Assembly: GCA_963514005.1 (NCBI GenBank)
Contig: OY740785.1
Coordinates: 60,822,001-60,886,000, forward strand
Reading direction: 5' to 3'
DNA length: 64,000 nucleotides
DNA from: Raja brachyura
Taxonomy: Eukaryota
Position 1 is the first letter of the stretch, and each line of letters begins with the position of its first letter. Below the pieces are notes generated by a model. That model had not been told where the DNA came from, searched no databases, and saw only the letters and a program-made list of their open reading frames with translations. Position numbers and translations under genes: made by a program. Below, piece after piece: positions 26,701 to 39,200 of this stretch.

Positions 26701-29700
26701 GTGTGCAAGTAAGTGGTAGTTGGTTCTATTCTCTCTGACGTCAATAAACTCTACTCTGATTACTTGCACACTAGGGGGAATTTCCAGTGGCCAATGAAGC
26801 TAAGCACATGTCTGGGACATGAGAGGAAAGTGAAGCATCCAAGGAAACCCAACGTGGTCTGGATTGGAATGTGGATGGCAGGATTAAATCCAAGTCACTG
26901 TACCTGGAGGCAGCAACTCCATTAGTTGTGCTATTGTATAGCTCCAGCTATGAAAAATGTAACGTGTGTGATGCAGAAAATGTTGAGTTTCGATACTTCC
27001 ATCTTTGCAGTTAATATTTCGCAAAGGATTCATAACATTGAACAATCTATCATATAGATTGAAGCCCATCTATTCAGCTAAACATGAGAATCCTCCATCT
27101 AACAATTGCTTGATGTTAGTTGTCTCTATGTGGGCAGCACGGTGGCGCAGCAGTTGAGTTGTTGACTCGCATTGCCACAGACCCGGGTTCGATCCCAACT
27201 ACAGATTCTGTCTGTACGAAGTTTGTACGTTCACCCAGTGAGCTGCATGGGTTTTCTCTGGGAAATCCGGTTTCATTCCCACACTCGTAAGACGTAGAGA
27301 TTTGTATGTTAAGTGGTTTGGTATAATTGTAAATTGTCCCCAGTATGTGTAGGAATGGTGTGCAGGAATCGCTGGTCGGCGCAGACTCGGTGTATCTCTA
27401 AAACTAAAGGAATAGGAATGGAGGGGAAATTAAAAATCTTTTAATCTGGGATACAGTCACCAAGATTATTTTGCATCTGACACAAGGAATGTGTTTTAAT
27501 AAATCCATTTTAATTAGCTGGATTAGATATGTAGCAATTCCTACCGAAAGCACTTTTACTCTTTTGATTTGTTGCTGCTCCCATAATTTCTGATCATCAT
27601 CATCCTCTCCACTTCTTAAACTCTCATCGTCGCTTTCATTTATACCTGAAAGTACACAATATCGTGGCTGACCATAGGTATTATTTCTCAAAGTCCTCTG
27701 ACATAACAAACATATTCATTAACAACTCATCCACAGTGGAGTAGACAATTCCAGTTAACAACCCTATCAGTAATAAATAGTTCTTCCTTGTAATCATATT
27801 TCTGAGAGGGAAAACTTTTCATAACTAATAAGATGTGAATTGGAATTGACATCCATGAGAGAATGGGGACCTCAGGGACCACTTTTTTCAAGGACAGTCC
27901 GTATCTGGAATGAACTGCCAGAGGAAGCTATAGGAGTAGACACGATTATGACTTAAGACATTTTTACAGATATATATGGGCAATTAGGATACAGAGGGAT
28001 ATGCACCGAATGCTGGCTAATGGGATGGCCAATATGCCAACTTGGTCGGCAAGGACATGGTGGCTGAAAGGCTTATTTAAGCTGTACAGCTCTATAACTA
28101 TTTCAATTAACACATTTCAAATCATTATCTATTGCAAAACATATCATATTTTTGCCTAGTATTCTAAATCTTGGGGGAGATGCACAGCGGTAAAGTTGTT
28201 GCCTTATGGCGCCAGAGACCCAGGTTTGATCCTGACTACGGGTGCTGTCTGTACAGAGTTTATACGTTCTCCCTATGACCTCGTGGGTTTTCTCCAGGTG
28301 CTCCGGTTTCCGACATTCCAAAGATGTACAGGTTTGTAGGTTAATAAGCTTTGGTAAAAAATGCAAATTGGCCCTTGTGTGTAGGATAGTAGTCGTGTAT
28401 GGCTGTGAACGCTGGTCAGCATGGACTCGGTGGACCAAAGGACCAGTTTCCAGCTATATCTCTTACATCTAAAGTCTATATCCTCCGCTATCTTTCTTCA
28501 ATATTATCTCCTAATTTGTAGCTTACAAATATTTGAAAAACAAAATGAGAATGTCTGTCTGTCAGTCTAAAGGGTCTCGACCCGAGACGTCACCCATTCC
28601 TTCTCTCCAGAAATGCTGCCTGTCCTGCTAAGTTACTCTAACATTTTGTGTCTACCTTCAATTTGAACCAGCATCTGCAGTTCTCTCTCACACATGAGAA
28701 TGTATTTGTTGGACATTTTACCCAGATCTACTGTTGGATGCCAAGTGTCAAAGCTGTAGCTGCAATGTGCAAGACAAGCAACCACCCACACGGAAAGCAT
28801 CCAAATTATACCATGTCCTATTGGTGAAACCAAATCTTTGGTAAAATATCAAGAAGTGACTTTTGACAATTTGTGATAGTTTAAAGGTCAGCTTATTCAG
28901 AGTTTTGGAATTACAGATCATGAATGAAAAAAAAAAAAATCAGATTATTAGAGCCTAGAATATTGATTGATAAAATAATTAACATCAGGAAATGGAGATT
29001 TCAGAAAGTGCATGGCCATCAAACAGTCACTTAAGGAACAAGGCATTGTGCATTTAGTTGGTATATTTCCATATTTCTTCAAACTTACATAATTGACTGA
29101 ATCATTTTGGGAAACAGCTCCAGCTCCATTTTTATATTTGATGACAACCGTTGTTGCACGAATTACAGATAATAAGTCAGAGTACAGGAGGGAGATCGAT
29201 CGTCTGATTGAATGGTGCCAGAAGAATAATGTTTCTGCTCTCAGACATCAATAAGACTAAGGAGCCGATTGGTGACTTAAGAAGAGGAAGGCAGAGGATC
29301 CACAAACCCGTCTTCTTCAACGGATCAGGGCTGGAGAGTGTCAACAACTTCCTGGCCATCCATATACAGTGCATTCAGAATGTATTTAGACCCCTTCACT
29401 TTTTCCACATTTTGATACGTTACCGCCTTATTTTAAAATGGACTAAATCCATTTTTTTTATCATCAATGTACACACGATACCCCAGAATGAAGAAGCAAA
29501 AACAGGTGTTTAGACATTTTTGCAAAGTCATTGAAAATAAATAATCACATTTATATAAGTATTCAGACCCTTTGCTATGATAAAATACAACAATTCCTCC
29601 AGTTTGATGACCTCGAAAAGATCATCCACACATTTACCTCCTCCCGCCTAGATTACTGCAACTCCCTCTACACTGGCATCAGCCAATCTTCCCTGTCCCG

Positions 29701-32700
29701 CCTGCAACTGGTCTAAACACCGCAGCGAGACTCTTGACGGGCAACCGAAAAAGGGACCACATCACCCCGATCCAGGCCTCTCTCCACTGGCTCCCTGTGC
29801 ATTTCCGAATAAATTTCAAGATCCTCCTTCATGTCTACAAAGCCCTCAATGGGCTTGCCCCCACCTACATCAAAAGTCTGCTTACCCACCACACCACCTC
29901 CAGGTCCCTCAGATCGGCCGACTTGGGATTACTGAACATCCCGCGGTCTAGGCATAAGCTCTGGGGCGACTGTGCCTTTGCGGTTGCAGCTCCTAAACTG
30001 TGGAACAGCATCCCTCTTCCCATCAGAACTGCCCCCTCCATTGACTCCTTTAATTCGAGACTTAAAACTCATCTCTACTCCCAAGCCTTTCTTGGCGTGC
30101 TCAGAGCAAGGGCTATATGTATGTAGTGATGTTTGTATTTATTCTGTGAACCACTGTTGTATAACGTTAGTACCTCCACCAATGTAAAGCACTTTGGCCA
30201 ACGAGAGTTGTTTTTTAAATGTGCTATATAAATAAAAGTGACTTGACTTGACACTCAAAATTAAGCTTAGGTTCATCCTGTTTCCATTGATTATTCTTGA
30301 CATGTTTCTACAACTTGATTGGAGTCCATTAGTGGTAAATTAAATTGATTGGACATGATTTGGAAAGGCACACACCTGTCTATATAAGGTCCCACAGTTG
30401 ACAGTGCATGTCAGAACAAAAACCTAGCCATGAAGACGAAGGAATTGTCCATTGACCTCTGAGACATGATTGTGTCGAGAAACAGATCTGGGGAAGGGGA
30501 TAAAACTATTTCTGCAGCATTGCAGGTCCCGAAGAGCACAGTGGCCTCCTTCATTGTTAAATGGAAGAACTTTGGAACCACCAGGACTCTTCATAGAGCT
30601 GGCCGCTTGGCCAATCTGAGCAATCGGGGGAGAAGGACCTTGGTCAGGGAGGTGACCAAGAACCCGATGGTCACTCTGACAGAGCTCCAGAGTTCCTCTG
30701 CAGAGATGGGAGAACCTTCAAGAAGGACAACTTTATCTGCAGCGCTCCACCAATCAAGCCACCAATCTGGCCAGACGGCAGCCACTCCTCAGTAAAAGGC
30801 ACATGACAGCCCACTTGGAGTTTGCTAAAAGGCACCTAAAGGACTCTCAGACCATGAGAAACAAGATTCTCTGGTCTGATGAAACCAAGATTTAACTCTT
30901 TAGCCCGAATGCCAAGCGTCACGTCTGGAGAAAACCAGACACCACTCATCACCTGGGCAATACCATACCTACGGTGAAGCATGGTTGTGGCAGCATCATG
31001 CTGTGGGGACGTTTTTTAGCGGCAGGAACTGGGAGACTAGTGAGGATCGAGGGAAAGAACGGAGCAAAGTACAGAGAGATCCTTGATTAAAACTTGCTCC
31101 AGAGCGTTCTGGACCCAAGACTGGGGCGGAGGTTCACCTTCCAACAGGACAACGACCCTAAGCACACAGCCAAGACAACGCAGGAGTGGCTTCGTGACAA
31201 GTCTGTGAATGTCCTTGAGTGGCCCAGCCAGAGCCCGGACTTGAACCCGATCGAACATCTCTGGAGGGACCTGAAAATAGCTGTGCATCGATGCTCCCCA
31301 TACAACCTGACAGAGCTTGAGAGGATCTGCAGAGAAGAATGTGAGAAATTACCCAAATACAGGTGTGCCAAGCATGTAACATTATACCCAAGAAGACTTG
31401 ATGCTGTAATCGCTGCCAAAGGTGCCTCAACAAAGTACTGAGTAAAGTATCGAACTTAGAGAACGTATTGACTGGATGCATGATGGCCAAGTTCTGCAAC
31501 TCGAATGCTCAGGAACAAAGGAGATTACAAAATATGGTGAACAATGCTAGACCCATCACTGTAACTACCTCCCCACCATCGAAGGGATCGAGAGGAGTTG
31601 CTGCCTCAAAAAGGCAGCCTGCATCGTCACCACCCTCGCCACACTCTCATTTCACTCCTGCCATCAGGAAAAAGGTTTAGGGTCTGAAAACTATGATATC
31701 AATTTTCAGGTACAGCATCTTCCCAACAATCTTTACCCTATTGAATGCTACGATCTCCAACTAAACTACAGACTGCCTTGGTTTCACTAAGGAACTTAGG
31801 GCTTTGCTTTGTTGTTTATACTAAATTGTTTATTTATTATAATATATTGTTTATTTTATACACTATAATATAACAATTACAGCATATAACCAGATAACAA
31901 TTACAGCACGGAAACAGGCCTTCTCAGCCCTTCCAGTCCGTGCCGACCATTTATTTCCCCCTAGTCCCATCTACCTGCACTCAGACCATACCACTCCATT
32001 CCTTCCCGTCCATATACCTATCCACTTTACTTTTAAATGTTAAAATCAATCCTGCCTCCACCACTTCTGCTGGAAGATCATTCCACACAGCCACCAGTCT
32101 CTGAGTTCCCCCTCATGTTACCCCTAAACTTCTCTCCCTTAATTCTCATGTCATGCCCTCTTGTTTGAATCTTCCCTACCCTCAATGGGAAAAGCTTATC
32201 CACGTCAACTCTGTCTATCCCTTTCATCATTTTAAAGACCTCGATCAAGTCCCCCCTTAACCTTCTGCACTCCAAAAAATAAAGACCTAACTTGTTCAAC
32301 CTTTCTCTGTAACGTAGTTGCTGGAACCCAGGCAATATTCTAGTAAATCTCCTCTGTACTCTCTCTATTTTGTTGACATCCTTCCTATAATTAGGCGACC
32401 AAAATTGTTCACCATACTCCAGAATTGGTCCCACCAATGCCTTGTACAATTTTAACATTACTTCCCTACTCCTATATTCAATGCTCTGATTTATAAAGGC
32501 CAGCACACCAAAAGCTTTCTTTACCACCCTATCTACATGCGATTCCACCTTCAGGGAACTATACACAGTTATTCCTAGATCCCTCTGTTCCACAGCATTC
32601 CTCAATTCCCTACATTTACCATGTTCGTCCTATTTTAATTTGTCTTGCCAAGATGTAGCACCTCACACTTATCAGCATTAAACTCCATCTGCCATCTTTC

Positions 32701-33192
32701 AGCCCACTCTTCCAAAAGGCCCAAATCTCACTGTAGACTTTGAAAATCTACTTCATTATCCACAGCACCACCTTTCTTAGTGTCATCTGCATACTTACTT
32801 GTCCAATTTTCCACCCCATCATCTAGATAATTGATGTTCATGACAAACAACAGTGGACCCAACACAGATCCCTGAGGAACCCCACTGGTCACCGGCTGCC
32901 ACCCTGACAAACAGCCATCCACCATTACGCTCTGGCATCTCCCATTCAGCCACTGTTGAATCCATCTTGCTACTCCACCATTAACCCCCAAAGATTGAAC
33001 CTTCTTAACCAACCTTCCATGGGGAACCTTGTCAAAGGCCTTACTGAAATCCATATAGACAACATCCACTGCTTTACCCTCATCAATTTCCCTAGTAACC
33101 TCTTCAAAAAATTCAAGGAGGTTTGTCAAACATAACCTTCCAGGCACAAATCCATGTTGACTGTTCTCGATCAGACTCTGCTTATCCAGATG

Positions 33193-33231
<39 letters not shown>

Positions 33232-36200
33232 CAGGTCTATAACAGGTCTATAATTGCTAGGTTTATTCTTTGAACCCTTTTTAAACAATGGAACAACATG
33301 CGCAGTACGCCAATCCTCCGGCACTATTCCTGTTTCTAATGACATTTGAAATATTTCTGTCATAGCCCCTGCTATTTCTACACTAACTTCCCTCAATGTC
33401 CTAGGGAATATCCTGTCAGGACCTGGAGACTTATCCACTTTTATATTTTTCAAAAGTGTCAGTACTTCCTCCTCTTTGAATCTCATAGTTTCCATAGCTA
33501 CTCTACTTTTTTTCCTTACCTCACAGTTCAATATCCTTCTCCTTGGTGAATACCGAAGAAAAAAAAAATGTTCAATATCTCCCCCATCTCTTTTGGCTCT
33601 GCAGATAGCTGTCCATTCTGGCTCTCTAATGGTCCAATTTTATCCCTCGTTATCCTTTTGCTATTAATATAGCTGTAGAAACCCTTTGGATTTACTTTCT
33701 AACTATCGTTTATTTTATTTGTTGAACTAAGTACTGTGTTCACAAAACTGCTGTGCTGCTGCAAATAAAGAATTTCATATGACAATAAAAGTCTCTTGTC
33801 ATGGGATATTCGAGTTCAAGAAAGGTATCATGCATATCCAGGTTCTATTTAATTAATATCACCTTTAGACATGATACCTCGAAGAACTGAAGTCTTACCA
33901 ATGTCCTCTGCCATTTTCTGTCTTTGTGTTTTGAGTGCCTTGGTGAAGTCTATTCGCTTCTCATGATCATCAAGATCATCGTCACTTATTGGAGATTCTT
34001 CATCAGGGACTGAAGTATCATCTCTTGCTGAGTGAAGGGGAATGAAGTCAGCTTGCGCTCTTGCCCTCTGTCGCTTTTTACGCGCAGCCTGAATGTACCG
34101 AGCATCTGGAATCTCACCTGCACTGAACAAAAATAACAGTGAGGTCAAGAATCATTTTATATATATATAAAAATATATTGCCGTCAATACTAAAAATCCA
34201 TAATGCAGCATTTTACAGCTAAGAACATTCAATCTTTGTTGGCTCACGTCTTTGTCAGGAATCCATATTATTGTTTAAAAGGGTATGATGCATTTTTGCT
34301 TACTGACATAACATGCCCTTGAATGAACATTGTAAAACATGCCCTTGAATGATCGGATTACAATTATTCTTACTTTGACACTTTTATAATTTGGAACTTT
34401 ATAAAGATGCAAGCTATATAACTTTGTGCAACAAAATGCAAAGAACTAGCCAATCTGATAACAGAAAACACAAGTATTGTCATTCGTCCATTTTTCACAA
34501 TGAACTAAGTTATAGAAACACTAGCTTGCATTTAGTGACGTTAACACATTCACACATTGGCATCAAGCCAAAAAGTGCAAACTTTACAGGGGCCGACATG
34601 AGTCAAGATTCAAGAGTAAAGATCCTATAGCGGAGCAAGATAGACCACTTCTGCTAAATGCAATGGGCTGACGTGTAGTACGGAACGGAACGTGGGCCTT
34701 TTTTCCCATCCATTTCAGTAACCCAACCCCAACCAGACTCGCAGTGTAATCAACGTTGCGGGGGAACAGTTTGTGTTAATACATTATAATTCTGAAAATG
34801 AGGAGAAGATTTTCACTAAAGAACTTTTATTTTTACGAGGATGTTTCCATAACCGGCTTCCGTCTCCGCACGGTTACGGAAATGCGGCCTAAAATTACCT
34901 ATGAATCTGCCCATGACTGTACTACGTATTTTTCATCGAGTGGACTATCTTGCTTGCTATAGGATCTTTGGTCAACAGTCAAGAGAGTTTTATTGTCATG
35001 TGTCCCTGACAGGACAATTAAATTCTTGCTTTGCTTCAGCACAACTGAACTACAAAACAGATCAGTGTGTCCATATACCATTATATACGTAAATACACAC
35101 ATCAATAAATAAACTGATAAAGTGCAAATAACAGATAAAGGGGTATTATGTTCAGAGTTTTGTCTGAGCCAAGTTTAATAGCCTGATGGCTGTGGGGAAG
35201 TAGCTATTCCTGAACCTGGTTGTTACAGTCTTCAGGCTCCTGTACGTTCTACCTGAAGGTAGCAGGGAGATGAGCGTGTGGTCAGGATGGTGTGGGTCCT
35301 TCATGATATTGCCAGCCTTTTTGAGGCAGCGACTGCGATAGATCCCCTCGATAGAAGGGAGGTCACAGCCGATGATGGACTGGGCAGTGTTTACTACTTT
35401 TTGTAGTCTTTTCCTCTCCAGGGCAGTCAAATTGCCGAACCAAGCAACGATGCAACCGGTCAGCATCTCTACTGTGCACCTGTAGAAGTTAGAGTCCTCC
35501 TTGACAAGCCGACTCTCCGTAATCTTTGCTGGAAGTAGAGGCGCTGATGAGTTTCCTTAAAAATTGCATCAGTGTTCTCGGACCAAGAAAGATCTTCAGA
35601 GATGTGCACGCCCAGAAGCTCTTGACCCTTTCAACCATCAACCCGTTGATATAAACAGGACTGTGGGTCCCCATCCTACTCCTTCCAAAGTCCACAATCA
35701 GTTCCTTGGTTTTGCTGGTGTTGAGGGCCAGGTTATTGTGCTGCCACCATATGGACAGTCACTCGATCTCCCTTCTATACTCTGACTCATCCCCATCAGT
35801 GATACGTCCCACAACAGTGGTGTCGTCAGCAAACTTGATGATGGAATTCGCACCATGACCGGCTACGCAGTCATGAGTATAGAGTGAGTACAGCAGGGGC
35901 TGAGCATATGACCTCAAGATGTTTCAAATTGTATCACTGACAAAGAAAATGTTTTGAAGTGGTAACCATTTAAATAATGCTGACAGCTGCCTTATGCAAT
36001 AAAGGTCACATACATGGTAATGTGAAAATGAACAAATAATGTTTCAGTTATGTTAATTAATAGATTAATTCTGGATTTTGCATCAGAGATAATTCTTCTG
36101 CCATTCTTCAAAATAGTATCATGGTATATTTTATGTCCGCTTGAGAATGTAGACAATAGGTGCAGGAGTAGGCCATTTGGCCCTTCGAGCCAGCACGGCC

Positions 36201-39200
36201 ATTCAATGTGATCATGGGTGATCATCCCCAATCAGTACCCCATTCCCGCCTTCTCCTCATATACCCCGACTCCACTATTTTAAGAGCCCTATCTAGCTCT
36301 CTCTTGAAAGCATCCAGAGAACCTGCCCCCACCGCCCTCTGAGGCAGAGAATTCCACAGACTCACCACTCTCTGTGAGAAAATGTGTTTCCTCGTCTCCG
36401 TTCTAAATGGCTTACTCCTTATTCTTAAACTGTGGCCCCTGGTTCTGGACTCCCCCAACATCGGGAACATGTTTCCTGCCTCTTGCGTGTCCAGGCCCTT
36501 AACAATCATATGTTTCAATGAGATCGCCTCTCATCCTTCTAAACTCCAGAGTGTACAAGCCCAGCTGTTCCATTCTCTCAGCATATGACAGTCCCGCCAT
36601 TCCGGGAATTAACCTTGTAAACCTACGCTGCACTCCCTCAATAGCAAGAATGTCCTTCCTCAAATTAGGGGACCAAAACTGCACACAATACTCCAGGTGT
36701 GGTCTCACTAGGGCTCTGTACAACTGCAGAAGGACCTCTTTGCTCCTATATTCGATTCCTCTTGTTATAAAGGCCAACATGCCATTCGCTTTCTTCACTG
36801 CATCTTTTTAAGTGCCTCATCCAAAATACAGCAGTAGCAGTGAAACATTAGTTCTGACGAAGGAAGATCCGAAGCATCACCTATTCATGTTCTCTGCATA
36901 TATTGCTGGGTTTCTCCAGTACTTTGTCTCTTTTTTTGTAAACACACATCTTCATTTCCTTGTTTCAGCACTGAAACACTCCCTCGCTGCATTATTGGCC
37001 TCGTTATTTGTGCTCGTGTCTTTGGACTGTGGGACTGGAATGTACAATCTTCAGGAATGTTTTTTGGACACTACTCTGAAAGGCAATAACTATTTTAGCT
37101 CTATGAGCATTATTCATTTTAAAGCAGACGTTTGTCAAATACTTTTGTCAAATGTTGTTTTTCATCCATTTCCAAGCTCAATAAAACAATAATGTTCGAA
37201 AAGATTTTCAAAAACTGTGGACAATCGGAAATAAACTAAAAATACTGCTACTGCTCAGCATTTATAGTAAAATAAGCAGTTTAACGTCTATGGCAATTCA
37301 TCAAACCCATTCTACTGTCCTGATAAATGAAAATTGACTCGAAAAGTTAACTCTCTTCTCTCACCATAGATGCTGCCTGAGCAAATGAGCCTTTCCTTCA
37401 TAATTTATCTTTAAAATAAATTTGTCAAACAATTTATCATTCACCCCTCTTATGTTTTTATTACATAAAATATACAGCATGTGGGGCACCAGTCTGCATA
37501 TCTGCTTGTACAACAGACAAGTCTTCATCTATTTTCTCCACCTATTCACAACTTTTGACCATACCCTTTAATCCTTTTCTCTTATGGACCTGTTTGGTTG
37601 CCTTTTGAGAGGTGCTTGCCCCCATCACTTCCATTTTCTCAAGTTCCATAGTTTAACCTTTCCCAGATAAATATTCTTTCCTCATTTTGCTATTGGGTTT
37701 GTTTATAACTATTTTGCTTTTCTTTTCTCTAGGTTTGTGTAGATTGATGTTGCAGGTTAACCAATCACACACCAGCCAGCATCTCTAACTCCACCCCACT
37801 GTAATATTTAGACTAATACTATTTCTCAGCACCGACAGTTTGAGCAGCCAGGATGTGTTGATAACTAACCATCCTTCATGCTGTTAAGTTTCAGTGCTGA
37901 TTAAAGATGTGTTTGAATCACGTACTGAGTCTGGAGATTATTTACATGGCGTCAGAAGTCATCTGATCCACTCCTTCTGTATAACGGTTTTTTGTTTTAC
38001 CCTTTTGTGAGTTTCTATTTTGCTTTATGATGGCCTCTTCCAGTCGAAAGCCTGACCCTCTCGTCTTTGATGCGGATATCAGCGAACGCTGGGCCACGTT
38101 TGAAATTGATTACCGACACTACATGAACATTACACACCGAAATGAACCTGATGCTGTCAAGGCCTCTCTCCTACTCAACCTTACGGGCCCAGATGCCCTT
38201 CGGCGATCCAGAACATTCCGTTATGCTCCGGCAGTCCTCGATGCCAACGACCAGGTAATAACCGCAGCTGAACCTCCTAATGACCCCAATGTTCTGATGC
38301 GTAAATTTAGCCAGATCTGAGACCTGCCCTCAAATCACATTTTGGATAGGGCTAGGTTTTTCTCTCGCCGTCAATTCCCTTGTGAACGAGTAGACTCGTT
38401 CATCTCAGACTTAATGTATTTAGCCCAGCGCGGCTGATTCCAAAATATGCCGGTTGATCAGCTGACTGATCAGTTAACAAGGGACATTTTAGTGAATGGC
38501 ATTACTGACCTAAATCTCAGATCAAAGCTTCTGAGACGGCCAGATATGATTCTGGATGAAGCAGCACACGCATGCAGGACAACGGAATTCATTGACCCTA
38601 TAGACAGTTTGCATTAAACCAAAACCATCATCAAAATAGGGCAATGTTGTGCATAATAGATCAGTGACTTGCCAGCCTTTTAAGAAAAGTCTGAGATACA
38701 CGTGAAAGGAATAGGCAACGACGAACAATAGCCTCCATTGTCGTCCTCGACCCGATGTTGATGCTGGTGGCGGGGTGGCGGTTTCCCGGCGGTGGAGGGA
38801 GAGGAGGACGTACGGGGTGTGTGTGGAGACAAACGCCACAGACACCACCTCCACGTTGCCCTGCACTGAGGGAGAACTTAAGTTTTAGTACTGATTAAAG
38901 ATGTCTTTGAATCATGTACTGTGTCTGGAAGTCATTTACAGTTTGCATTCTTACATGTGGAAGCATTCCCTGAAGAAGGGTCTTGACCCGAAACGTCACC
39001 TATTCCTTCGCTCCGTAGATGCTGCCTCACCTGCTGAGTTTCTCCAGCATTTTTGTCTACCTTCTCTGTAACCCAGATAATTCCAAACATTTTTTGGGCC
39101 AAATGACCTAATTCCGCTTCTATCATTTATAATTATACTGACCAGCCTCCATCCCAATAACTCTATCTGCACTTCACACTGCAAAAACAGGCAATAAGAT

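Noticed and set aside
27132-27205. tRNA gene
   Set aside because: A and B boxes run directly into a V-SINE core and LINE-derived tail; no proper cloverleaf.
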